DNA from: an uncultured Gemmatimonadales bacterium
GTDB lineage: Bacteria > Gemmatimonadota > Gemmatimonadetes > Gemmatimonadales > GWC2-71-9
Assembly: GCA_963795085.1 (NCBI GenBank)
Contig: CAWCFX010000001.1
Coordinates: forward strand, 896,001-960,000
Length of the DNA stretch: 64,000 bases
Direction of reading: 5' to 3'
Made by a program: the position numbers and the translations under genes. The notes under the pieces are model-generated. The model worked only from the letters and a program-made list of their open reading frames with translations. It did not search any database and had not been told where the DNA came from. Below, piece by piece: positions 19,827 through 28,682 of this stretch; position 1 is the stretch's first letter; each line of letters begins with the position of its first letter.

Positions 19827-21155
19827 ATGGCCAAGATTGACGTCATCATGCCGCAGATGGGCGAGTCCATCGCGGAAGGCACCCTGTCCCGGTGGATGAA
19901 GAAGATCGGGGACGAAGTCAAGCGCGATGAGCCGATCTTCGAGATATCCACGGACAAGGTGGATGCCGAAATTCCCAGCCCCAGTGCCGGCACCCTGAGC
20001 GAGATCCTGGTGCAGGAAGGCCAGACCGTCGCGGTCCAGACGGTGGTTGCGCGCATCGAGACCGAGGCGGGGGCCGCGGCGGCCGCTCCCGCCCCGGCCC
20101 CGACGCCGGCCGCTCCCGTGCCGCAAGCTCCGGTGGCGGCGGCCGCGCCGGCCGCCCCGGCACCCAATGCTCCGGCTCCGCAGGCGCCCGCCGCATCCGC
20201 GCCGGCCTCCCCTGCCGACGAGACGGCCGACGAGCGGCTGCGCCGCAAGTCCACCCCGCTGGTGCGCAAGATGGCCGCCGAGCACAACCTGGATATTGCC
20301 GCCATCCCCGGCACCGGCCACGCCGGACGGGTCACCAAGAATGACGTGCTGGCGCACCTGGAATCACCGGCGGCCCCGGCTCCCGCCGCCCCAGCCGCCG
20401 GGCGCCCCGCCCCCGGTCCGGCCATGCCGGGGCCGGTGGTCGAGGCCTGGGCCGGCGACAAGGTCGAGCCCTGGTCCCGCATCCGGAAGCTCACCGCCGA
20501 TCACATGGTGATGTCGCGCCGGGTCTCGGCCCACGTGTCCAGCTATTTCGACGTGGACTACACCCACATCACCAAGCTGCGGGGCCGCAAGAAGGCCGAG
20601 TATGCCGGCCGGGGCGTCAACCTGACGTTCCTCGCGTTCATCGTGAAGGCGGTGGCCGACAACATCCGCAAGCACCCGGTGGTGAATGCCGCGGTGTCCA
20701 ACGACGCGACGATCTACCGCAACGAGATCAACATCGGGATCGCCGTGGCCCTCGACTGGGGCCTCATCGTGCCGGTCATCAGGCACGCCGACGAGCTCTC
20801 GCTCCTCGGCGTCGCCCGGGCGATCAACGATCTCGGGGAACGGGCCCGCACCAAGAAGCTCAATCCCGACGAGGTCCAGCGGGGGACCTTCACCATTACC
20901 AACCCCGGCGTTTTCGGCGGGGTGATCGGGTTTCCCATCATCAACCAGCCGCAGGTCGCTATCCTCGGCGTGGGCGGCATCAGCAAACAGCCCGCGGTGA
21001 TGACCCTGGACGACGGCACCGACGTGATCGCGGTCCGCACCCGGGGGATCATCTCCATGACCTACGACCACCGGGTGGTGGACGGCGCCGACGGCGACCG
21101 GTTCCTCGCCGATGTCAAGAAGACGCTGGAGTCGTTCCCCGAGACCGCCGTCTGA
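19827..21155 (+). CDS. Dihydrolipoamide acyltransferase (E2)
   Basis: Single lipoyl domain (STDKVD), Pro/Ala linker, E3-binding domain and YDHRVVDG. Confidence 0.94.
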   Translation: MAKIDVIMPQMGESIAEGTLSRWMKKIGDEVKRDEPIFEISTDKVDAEIPSPSAGTLSEILVQEGQTVAVQTVVARIETEAGAAAAAPAPAPTPAAPVPQAPVAAAAPAAPAPNAPAPQAPAASAPASPADETADERLRRKSTPLVRKMAAEHNLDIAAIPGTGHAGRVTKNDVLAHLESPAAPAPAAPAAGRPAPGPAMPGPVVEAWAGDKVEPWSRIRKLTADHMVMSRRVSAHVSSYFDVDYTHITKLRGRKKAEYAGRGVNLTFLAFIVKAVADNIRKHPVVNAAVSNDATIYRNEINIGIAVALDWGLIVPVIRHADELSLLGVARAINDLGERARTKKLNPDEVQRGTFTITNPGVFGGVIGFPIINQPQVAILGVGGISKQPAVMTLDDGTDVIAVRTRGIISMTYDHRVVDGADGDRFLADVKKTLESFPETAV

Positions 21156-21187
21156 GCGGTGTCCGCTGACGCGGCGAGGAGGCTGGC

Positions 21188-21502
21188 ATGTCGCGAACGT
21201 TGAGCGTGGCCCGGCTGGCGGTGCACCCGGCCCGGCAGCCGGAATACCTGGCAGCGATCCGGGAACTGGCCGTCCTCGCCGCCCGCCGGGGGCAGCATGT
21301 CTGGGTGTTTCGCAGCCAGAGCGATCCCGATACTTTCCTGGAGTTCAGCGAGAGCCCGACCCCGATGTCGCACCGGAACGTGGCCTCGCGGACGCCGGAG
21401 GAACTGCGGGTGGAACAGCGGCTGCACAAGGTCGCCGGATACCAGCGGGACTCCGCGGAGTTGTGGGAGGAGGTTCCGTTGAACAGTGAGATCAGCGGGT
21501 GA
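21188..21502 (+). CDS. Hypothetical protein (possibly ABM-like dimeric alpha-beta barrel)
   Basis: GAGGAGG RBS; VWVFRSQSDPDTFLEF pattern. Confidence 0.7.
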   Translation: MSRTLSVARLAVHPARQPEYLAAIRELAVLAARRGQHVWVFRSQSDPDTFLEFSESPTPMSHRNVASRTPEELRVEQRLHKVAGYQRDSAELWEEVPLNSEISG

Positions 21503-21505
21503 TAA

Positions 21506-21553
21506 AAGGGGGCAAGGGGGCAAGGGGGCAAGAGGGCAAGAGGGCAGGGTGGC
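21506..21553. repeat. AAG(G/A)GGGC octamer x6
   Basis: Direct tandem starting just after a stop codon. Confidence 0.85.
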
Positions 21554-21596
21554 AATCACTCCAATGTCCCGCTGACCTCATGACCGAGAGAACTGA

Positions 21597-21884
21597 GTGA
21601 ACCGAAAGGTGGGCCAAGTGCCGTCTCGCACCATCGACATCGAAGGCCAGGAATGGGCGGTGACCTCGACCGGCCGGGTGACGCAATACACCCGGGATGA
21701 GTTCGGGCTCTTTTTCACCCGCGGGAGCGGGCCCGGGCGGGAACGCCGGGTGATGCGGTTCTCGCCGCTCGGCGCCCGGAGCCCGGATGCCGCGCTCCAC
21801 GGTCTCAGCGACCGAAAGCTCCGGGAATACTTCTCCATGTCGCAGCCCTCCTGGACCGCGCCGGAAACCGGATACCGCCGCTGA
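21597..21884 (+). CDS. Hypothetical protein
   Basis: Coding-like composition; start uncertain (GTG 21597 or 21618). Confidence 0.65.
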   Translation: MNRKVGQVPSRTIDIEGQEWAVTSTGRVTQYTRDEFGLFFTRGSGPGRERRVMRFSPLGARSPDAALHGLSDRKLREYFSMSQPSWTAPETGYRR

Positions 21885-22729
21885 ACGCCGCTGCCTGCAT
21901 CGATCTCCATTTGCATTCGACCGCGTCCGATGGAGAATGCGCGCCTGCCGCGGTCGCGGCGCGGGCGGCCGGGCTCGGCCTGGCGGCGATCGCCCTGACC
22001 GATCACGACTCGGTGGCCGGCGTGGCGGAGGCCCGGCGCGAAGGCGACCGGCTCGGCGTCCGGGTGATCGGCGGCTGCGAGTTCTCGGTGGCCGCTCCCT
22101 GGGGCGAGATGCACCTGCTGGCCTACTTTCTCGATGCCGATTCCCCCGGGTTGGAGGCGTTTCTCGCGGCGACCCGGGCCCGCCGCCTGCTCCGGGCGGA
22201 GGAAATCGTCCGGCGTCTCAACGCCATGGGCGTCACGATCTCGGTGGAGGATGTCCTCGCCGAGTCGGGCGGCGGCGCGGTGGGCCGGCCCCATGTGGGG
22301 CGGGCCCTGATCAAGCGGGGGGCGGTCCGGGGGCTCAACGAGGCCTTCGACCGCTATATCGGCCGCGGCCGGCAGGGCTACGTCCCCAAGGTCCTGCCCA
22401 CCCTCGGCGAGGTGTGCGACCTGGTGCACGGCGCCAACGGGCTCACCAGCGCTGCCCATCTCAAGGACCGGGGCAACCGGAGCAGCCTGAAGAAGTTCAA
22501 GGATGCCGGGCTCGATGCGGTCGAAACCCGGCATCCCAGCCACCACCCGGAACAGCGCGCCGCCCTGACCGATCTCGCGCTGGAGCTGGGCCTGCTCCGC
22601 ACTGGCGGCAGCGACTGGCACGGCGACGGGCTGGCCGGAGAATCCCACGGAACCATGGGCTCCCAATCGGTGCCGGCGGAATGGCTGGCCCTGCTGGAAG
22701 ACCGGGTTCGCCTCCCCCGGAACGCCTGA
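21881..22729 (+). CDS. PHP-domain phosphoesterase (TrpH/YciV-like)
   Basis: IDLHLHSTASDG, ALTDHD, GRPH and GGSDWHG motifs; the first motif begins upstream of the TTG at 21911, so a CTG start at 21881 is proposed. Confidence 0.88.
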   Translation: MNAAACIDLHLHSTASDGECAPAAVAARAAGLGLAAIALTDHDSVAGVAEARREGDRLGVRVIGGCEFSVAAPWGEMHLLAYFLDADSPGLEAFLAATRARRLLRAEEIVRRLNAMGVTISVEDVLAESGGGAVGRPHVGRALIKRGAVRGLNEAFDRYIGRGRQGYVPKVLPTLGEVCDLVHGANGLTSAAHLKDRGNRSSLKKFKDAGLDAVETRHPSHHPEQRAALTDLALELGLLRTGGSDWHGDGLAGESHGTMGSQSVPAEWLALLEDRVRLPRNA

Positions 22730-23946
22730 TGTCCGATCCCCTCTCGCCCGGCGAAGTCGCCCCCGACTTTCTCGCCACCGGCTCCGACGGCAAACGCTAC
22801 CGGCTGAGCGACATGATCCGGGACTCGGCGGTCCTGCTGGTCTTTTACCCGGGCAACGATACCCCGGGCTGAAACCGCCAACTCTCCGCCGTGCGCGATG
22901 AGATCAGCCAGTATGAAAAACTCGGAGTCAGGCCCGTCGGCATCAACCCGGCGGCCCCCGACAAGCATGCCGGCTACGCCGAGCGGCTGAAGCTGCCGTT
23001 CCCGCTGCTGTCCGATCCCGACGGCGCCATCGCGAAGCGCTACAACGCGGCCAAACCGCTGGGGATCGGGATCACGCGGACGGTGTATCTTGTAGGGAAG
23101 GACGGCACGATTCTGTACGGTGCCCGGGGAGCCCCGGGGGCCGAAATTTCACTGGCGCCGCTCGCCGAGCCGCGCCGGACCGCCGGATCCCGGCGCAAGC
23201 CCAAACCCAGTGCTCTGCCACGGACCATGCTCACATTTGATTTCAGCGGGAAAGTCGTACTGGTCACCGGGGTGGCCCGGGTAGGCCAGATCGGTTATGC
23301 GGTGGCGGAGGCCTTCGGCCGGTCGGGCGCCAAGCTGGTGGCGGCGGACCGGAACGCCGTGGCGGTGGCGGAGCGGGCCCGCGAGTTCCAGGCTCTGGGC
23401 ATCGAGGCCCGCCCGGCCGCCGGCGATCTGACCGAGGCCGATATCGCCGCGCTGGCGGTGGAGACGGCGATCAAGCACTACGGCCGGCTCGATGTGCTGG
23501 TCAACGTCGCCGGCGGGCTCACCACCTTCGGGCCGCTGCTGGAGACATCCCCTGACGATTTCGACCGCGAGGTGGCCATCAACCTGAAGACCGCCTACGT
23601 CATGTGCCGCGCCTCGGTCACCGAACTGGCCCGGGCCCGCGGGTGCATCATCAACTTCGCTTCGGCGGCGCTGTTGCATCCGGACGCCGGCCTCTCGGTC
23701 TATGGCGCGGCCAAGGGCGGGGTGGCCGGTTTCACCACCAGCCTGGCCGCCGAACTGTGGCCCCGCGGTGTCCGGGTCAACGCGATCGCGCCCACCATGG
23801 TCCGCACCGTCGAGAACGTGGCCTCGGTCGGCGAGAGCGCCCACTACGTGGAAATGAAGGACATCGTCAACGCGGTGATGTTCCTGGCCAGCGAAGGCTC
23901 CGCGGCGATCACCGGCCACCTCCTCCCCATTACCAGCGGCTCGTGA
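22729..23946 (+). CDS. Selenocysteine peroxiredoxin (BCP/PrxQ-like; UGA at 22870-22872), in frame with a C-terminal SDR
   Basis: APDF..LLVFYPGNDTPG(TGA)NRQLS..LPFPLLSD..RTVYLV is continuous across the TGA; TGATG coupling with PHP; no stop before the SDR stop. Confidence 0.82.
22867..22909 (+). promoter_or_regulatory. Putative bacterial SECIS hairpin
   Basis: GGCUGA/UCAGCC lower stem; upper stem CUC-UC-CGC [CGU] GCG-c-GA-u-GAG; apical G 19 nt after the UGA. Folded by hand. Confidence 0.6.
23227..23946 (+). CDS. Short-chain dehydrogenase/reductase (independent start, or C-terminal domain of the fusion)
   Basis: VLVTGVARVGQIG, LVNVAGG, YGAAK and VRVNAIAP motifs. Confidence 0.85.
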   Translation: MLTFDFSGKVVLVTGVARVGQIGYAVAEAFGRSGAKLVAADRNAVAVAERAREFQALGIEARPAAGDLTEADIAALAVETAIKHYGRLDVLVNVAGGLTTFGPLLETSPDDFDREVAINLKTAYVMCRASVTELARARGCIINFASAALLHPDAGLSVYGAAKGGVAGFTTSLAAELWPRGVRVNAIAPTMVRTVENVASVGESAHYVEMKDIVNAVMFLASEGSAAITGHLLPITSGS

Positions 23947-24707
23947 CCGGCATGGATGTCGTCACCCTCGGTGACGTCATCATCATCGGGGGTGGCTGCT
24001 ACGGCACCTTCTACACCCGGCAGCTGGAAGAGGCCCGCGTCCGCGGCAAGGCGGCCTATCGCAGGCTGCTGGTCGTGGACCGCGACCCCGACTGCCAGGC
24101 CAGGCGCGAGCTGGCCCCGGCGGCGGACCGGGAACTGGTGCCCGCCGACTGGGGCGATTTCCTCGACGACTACCTCGGCCGTCACCGCCCGGGCGGTGAG
24201 CGCCTGGTCCCCGATGTCATCGTCCCTTCACCGCTGATGCCCCACCTCATGTATCAGTGGCTGGTCCGCCGCGCCCAGGCCCGCTGGCCCGGCCGCACCG
24301 TGGAAACGCGGCCGGTTCCCCTGGCCCCCGGCACCCCGTACGACACGTCGGCGCCCGACCACACCCGCTACATCTCGTTCGCGGACTGGCTCTGCCCCAC
24401 CCACTGCGTGGAGCCGGCGCTCTGCCCGGTAATCCGGGCGCCCCGCACCTGGGAAATGGCGGAGGCGCTGGAGGACCTGGCCCGCCGGATGGCACGCGAC
24501 GGCCGGGTCGCGGGGCCGGTGCTCTTCCAGTGCCAGCACACCGTCTTCGGCGTCGGCACCTTCCGCGTGGATGCCGTGCTGACGGGGGACCAGGTGGTGC
24601 AGTCCGCGGGCGCGGACGGGGGCGAAGCCGCGGTTCTGGTGGGCACTGTTTCGTCCTGCCATGGCGCCGTCAACCTGCTTCGGCTGGGACCCACGGGGAA
24701 CCACTGA
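23943..24707 (+). CDS. Hypothetical protein with an N-terminal Rossmann-like motif and Cys clusters
   Basis: IIIGGGCYG..VVDRD; CPTHC, ALCP and SSCHG; GTGA overlap with the SDR stop. Confidence 0.75.
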   Translation: MTGMDVVTLGDVIIIGGGCYGTFYTRQLEEARVRGKAAYRRLLVVDRDPDCQARRELAPAADRELVPADWGDFLDDYLGRHRPGGERLVPDVIVPSPLMPHLMYQWLVRRAQARWPGRTVETRPVPLAPGTPYDTSAPDHTRYISFADWLCPTHCVEPALCPVIRAPRTWEMAEALEDLARRMARDGRVAGPVLFQCQHTVFGVGTFRVDAVLTGDQVVQSAGADGGEAAVLVGTVSSCHGAVNLLRLGPTGNH

Positions 24708-24752
24708 TGGTTCTATATTGAGCAGGATTGACACCCGGAACGGAGAGATCGC

Positions 24753-25781
24753 GTGGCCCTGGAAAAGATCGTCATCATCGGCAGTGGACCGGCAGCATGG
24801 ACGGCAGCGCTTTATGCCTCGCGGGCCAACCTGGACCCGGTGGTCTACGAGGGCGAAGGCAGCCGGGAAATGATCCCCGGCGGACAGCTCATGTGGACGA
24901 CCGACATCGAGAACTACCCCGGGTTTCCCGAGAGCATCGGCGGCCAGGAACTGATGGGGCGGATGAAAGACCAGGCCATCCGGTTCGGGACCCGGGTGGT
25001 GTCCGAAAACATCACCGCCGTGGACTTCAGCGGGCATCCTTTCCGGCTCACCGCCAGCAGCGGAACCGGGATCGACGCCATCACCGTGGTGCTGGCGAGC
25101 GGGGCCCGGGCCAACTGGCTGGGGCTGCCCAACGAGGAGCGGCTGGCCCGGAACGGGGGCGGGGTGTCGGCCTGCGCGGTGTGTGACGGGGCGCTGCCCT
25201 TTTACCGGAACAAGCGGCTCTGCGTGGTGGGCGGCGGCGATTCCGCCATGGAAGAGGCGACCTACCTCAGCAAGTTTGCCAGCGAGGTGGTCATCCTCCA
25301 CCGGCGTGACAGTTTCCGCGCGTCCAAGGTCATGGCCGACCGCGCGCTCGGCAATCCCAAGATCCGGGTGGAATGGAACACCGAGGTCACCGATGTCCTG
25401 GGCGACGACTTCATCACCGGTGTCCGGGTGCGGGATACCGTGACCGGCGCCCAGCGTGACATCGAGTGCGGCGGGCTCTTCGTGGCGATCGGCCACACGC
25501 CCAACACCGATTTCCTGGCCGGCCAGGTGGCCCTCCATTCGACCGGGTACATTGTCACCCCGAGCCCCTGGCGCACCTGCACCAGCGTGCCTGGCGTGTT
25601 CGCCGCGGGCGATGCCATGGACAGCTATTACCGGCAGGCGATCACCGCGGCCGGCACCGGGTGCATGGCCGCGCTCGAAGCCGAACGGTGGATGGCGCAC
25701 CATCACATCGAAGGGACCGCCGCGCCGGTGCTGGAGACCGCCGAGGCGCCATCCACGCTCGATACCCGGTTGAATCCGTGA
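24753..25781 (+). CDS. trxB: Thioredoxin reductase
   Basis: GSGPA, GGQL..ENYPGF, CAVCDG, GGGDSAMEEA and YRQAITAAG motifs. Confidence 0.96.
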   Translation: MALEKIVIIGSGPAAWTAALYASRANLDPVVYEGEGSREMIPGGQLMWTTDIENYPGFPESIGGQELMGRMKDQAIRFGTRVVSENITAVDFSGHPFRLTASSGTGIDAITVVLASGARANWLGLPNEERLARNGGGVSACAVCDGALPFYRNKRLCVVGGGDSAMEEATYLSKFASEVVILHRRDSFRASKVMADRALGNPKIRVEWNTEVTDVLGDDFITGVRVRDTVTGAQRDIECGGLFVAIGHTPNTDFLAGQVALHSTGYIVTPSPWRTCTSVPGVFAAGDAMDSYYRQAITAAGTGCMAALEAERWMAHHHIEGTAAPVLETAEAPSTLDTRLNP

Positions 25782-26434
25782 ACGCCCTGACTCCGGTCGT
25801 GGTCCCCATTCCCAATGGGCAGTTCCTGGAGAACTGCTACCTCGTGGCGGACCCGGTCCGGGGCGTGGCGGTCATGGTGGACCCGGGGGAGGAAGCGGGC
25901 CGGTTTCTCGCCGAACTGCGGCGGCGGGAATGGTCGCTCGAGGCGATCTGGCTGACCCACGCGCATCTCGATCATATCATGGGGATCGGGGCGGTGCGGG
26001 AGGCCTGCCCGGACGTGCCCATACACCTCCATCCGGCGGACCGCCCCCTCTACGACGGGCTGCCGGAGCAGGGGCGCTGGATGGGAATCCGGGCCGCGGC
26101 CCCGCCGCCGCCGGACCGCGACCTGGTCCCGGGCCAGGTGGTCGCGGTGGGGGACTTCGAGTTCGCCGTTCGCTTCGTGCCGGGCCATTCGCCCGGACAC
26201 GTGGCGTTCGTGGGGCATGGCATGGTACTGGGTGGCGACGTGCTCTTCAACGGCTCCATCGGCCGGACCGACCTGCCCGGTGGCGACTTCGCCACCCTGA
26301 TGCAGAGCATCCAGGCGGAATTCCTTTCGCTGCCCGATTCCACCATCGTGTACAGCGGGCACGGGCCGGAGACCACGATCGGCGTGGAGCGAGTGTCCAA
26401 TCCCTTCCTGACCGGCGCGTACCGGCTTGGGTAG
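25778..26434 (+). CDS. MBL-fold metallo-hydrolase (GloC/YcbL-like)
   Basis: THAHLDH, PGHSPGH, GDVLF..GRTD and SGHG motifs. Confidence 0.92.
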   Translation: MNALTPVVVPIPNGQFLENCYLVADPVRGVAVMVDPGEEAGRFLAELRRREWSLEAIWLTHAHLDHIMGIGAVREACPDVPIHLHPADRPLYDGLPEQGRWMGIRAAAPPPPDRDLVPGQVVAVGDFEFAVRFVPGHSPGHVAFVGHGMVLGGDVLFNGSIGRTDLPGGDFATLMQSIQAEFLSLPDSTIVYSGHGPETTIGVERVSNPFLTGAYRLG

Positions 26435-26627
26435 GGCGGACGGGACGGGCAAACAGTCGGGCGACAATAGTTCGGCTGGCCCGGGCGGAGCTCCTGGAAA
26501 CGCCGGTCCGCCGGCCGGCCCCACCTGTAACCGATGCGGATTCGTGGTGATCTCCCGGGTGTGGGGCTGCAAGAATCCCTGCCCCAACTGCCACACCGTC
26601 TATCCCCTGGGCGACTGCTCGGATTGA
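26427..26627 (+). CDS. Small Cys-rich zinc-ribbon-like protein
   Basis: CNRC..CKNPCPNC..DCSD; fills the operon gap, overlapping both neighbours; start uncertain. Confidence 0.6.
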   Translation: MGRADGTGKQSGDNSSAGPGGAPGNAGPPAGPTCNRCGFVVISRVWGCKNPCPNCHTVYPLGDCSD

Positions 26628-27820
26628 GTCACACCCTTGCCGGTCCGCTCCGGCCCCAGGCCGAATTCGCCATCCTCGATATCACCAAGTTCTTTGGGGA
26701 CACCACCGGAGGGATCCGGACCTATCTCCTGGAAAAGGCGGCGTATGTCCGGGCCCGTCCGCAGCTGCGCCACTCCGTCATCGTGCCGGCCCGGGAGAAC
26801 GGCGTCCAGGAGGACGGCGGCACCCGCTGGTATCGGGTGGCGGGTCCCCGCATCCCGACCCAGGCGCCCTACCGCTTCCTGGTCAACCGTCCGGCCATCG
26901 CCCGCATTGTGGCCCGGGAACGTCCCCATGTCATCGAGGTAGGGAGTCCCTACCTGGTGCCATGGCTGGTCCGCCACGCGGCCGCTCCGCTCGGTATCCC
27001 CCTCGTCTGGTTCTATCACACCGATTTCCCCCGCATCCTTTCGCCCCGCCCGCCGGCGGACGGCTGGGTCCGCCGAACCGCCGGCCGGTTGGCTGAGCGG
27101 TATGTCGCGCGGTTGTCCCGGGTATTCGATGCCGCGGTGGGGGCCTCCGACGCCGCCGTGCGCCAGCTCGAGCGTGCCGGGTTCCGCCGGGTAGAAAAGA
27201 TTCCCCTCGGCGTCTCGCTGGATCTGTTTAATCCCGGCCGGCGGACGGGCGCCGCGGAAACCCGCCGGCGCCACGGCCTCCCCAATGGACCGCTGGCGAT
27301 CTACACCGGCCGGTTCGCGCGGGAGAAAGAACTGGGATTGGTGATTGATGCATGGCCTGAGGTGGAGCGTGCCACCGGTGCCACCCTCGTGCTGGTGGGC
27401 GATGGGCCCTCGCGGGCGTTCTTCCAGGATCGTTCCCGGGCGAGGCGCGTGGTCTGGCTACCCTATGAAACGGACCGGGAGCGGCTGGCCGACCTGGTCG
27501 CTTCGGCTGACATCTATCTCGCCCCGGGCCCGGCCGAAACCTTCGGCCTGAGCGCGCTGGAAGCATTGGCATCGGGCCTGCCGGTGGTCGCGTCGGACCA
27601 GGGGGCGGTGCGGGAACTGGTCGAGGCGTCCGGCGCCGGGGTGGTGAATCCGGAGCCTCGGGCCTCGGCCATGGCGGCCAGTATCATCCGGCTGCTCGGG
27701 CAGGACACCGCCGGGCTCGGCCAGCTGGGGCGCGCCTATGCCGAACAGCACCATGGATGGGACTCTGTCCTGGACCGGCTGTTCCATTTTTACCGGGATC
27801 TTCGCGACCGCCATGCTTGA
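26624..27820 (+). CDS. Glycosyltransferase family 4
   Basis: GGIRTY, YHTDF, GRFAREK, VGDGP and ETFGLSALEA motifs. Confidence 0.9.
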   Translation: MSHTLAGPLRPQAEFAILDITKFFGDTTGGIRTYLLEKAAYVRARPQLRHSVIVPARENGVQEDGGTRWYRVAGPRIPTQAPYRFLVNRPAIARIVARERPHVIEVGSPYLVPWLVRHAAAPLGIPLVWFYHTDFPRILSPRPPADGWVRRTAGRLAERYVARLSRVFDAAVGASDAAVRQLERAGFRRVEKIPLGVSLDLFNPGRRTGAAETRRRHGLPNGPLAIYTGRFAREKELGLVIDAWPEVERATGATLVLVGDGPSRAFFQDRSRARRVVWLPYETDRERLADLVASADIYLAPGPAETFGLSALEALASGLPVVASDQGAVRELVEASGAGVVNPEPRASAMAASIIRLLGQDTAGLGQLGRAYAEQHHGWDSVLDRLFHFYRDLRDRHA

Positions 27821-28682
27821 GCCGGTCACGGCCCACCTCATCTGCATTGGCCTGGTCGCCGCCGATTACGGGGCGCGGAATCTCCGGATCCAGCTGCTGG
27901 CCCGGGGGGTGGGAGCCCGGCTGAGCACCGCCGACGCCATGGCGGTGAACGCGGTCGGGGACGCGGCCTGCGCGCTGACCCCTCTTCGGATTGCGGGAGA
28001 GCCGGCGCGGCTGGGCGTGATGTTCAAGAGCGGGGTGCCGGCCACCGGTGCCCTGGTCGCCATCACGCTCGAAGTGCTGGCCGCCTGGCCGGTGATCCTC
28101 GTGGCCGCCGGGCTGCTCGCCGCCGCCCACGCCGCCGCGTGGTGGTCGCAGGCGGGGCCCGGCCTGGCGGCGGCACTGCTCCAGGCCTGGCCCTGGGTGG
28201 CCGGCATTCTGCTGCTGATGGCGCTGGTATGGGTCTGGATTCGCCGCCGGATGCCCGCGGCGGCCACCCACCTCAACCGGCCCCTTCGCCGGATGCGGGT
28301 GCACTGGCGCCGGATGCCCTGGTCCGTCCTGCTGGCGACCACTCCGCTGACGCTGGTCAACCTGGCCACCCGGGTCGCGGTGCTCCCGGTGCTGGCCGCC
28401 ACCCTTCCCGATCCGCCGGCACTAGGGCCCTTGCTGGTCGGCTCGTTCGCGCTGCTCTACAGCCAGCTCATACTCCCCACGCCTTCCGGCGCCGGCGCGG
28501 TGGAGCTGGGGTTCCTGAGCGGCGCGGCCGGCAACCTGGGCACCGGCGAAGGCGCGCTCCTCCTGGCCTGGCGGTTCTACACGACCGGGATCGGGATTCT
28601 GCTGGGCGTGGCCATTGGGCTGCACCGATTCGGCTGGCGCGCCTTACGAGGCTGGCTGCGTCCCCGGGCCGGCGGGGACTGA
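27813..28682 (+). CDS. Lysylphosphatidylglycerol-synthase TM / flippase-like membrane protein
   Basis: TPLRIAGEP, PTPSGAGAVE and AWRFYT motifs. Confidence 0.8.
   Translation: MLEPVTAHLICIGLVAADYGARNLRIQLLARGVGARLSTADAMAVNAVGDAACALTPLRIAGEPARLGVMFKSGVPATGALVAITLEVLAAWPVILVAAGLLAAAHAAAWWSQAGPGLAAALLQAWPWVAGILLLMALVWVWIRRRMPAAATHLNRPLRRMRVHWRRMPWSVLLATTPLTLVNLATRVAVLPVLAATLPDPPALGPLLVGSFALLYSQLILPTPSGAGAVELGFLSGAAGNLGTGEGALLLAWRFYTTGIGILLGVAIGLHRFGWRALRGWLRPRAGGD

Noticed and set aside
22729..22872. Peroxiredoxin as a nonsense pseudogene
   Set aside because: Disfavoured, not excluded: the stop is TGA at exactly the catalytic Cys, both flanks are intact, and a SECIS-like hairpin follows.
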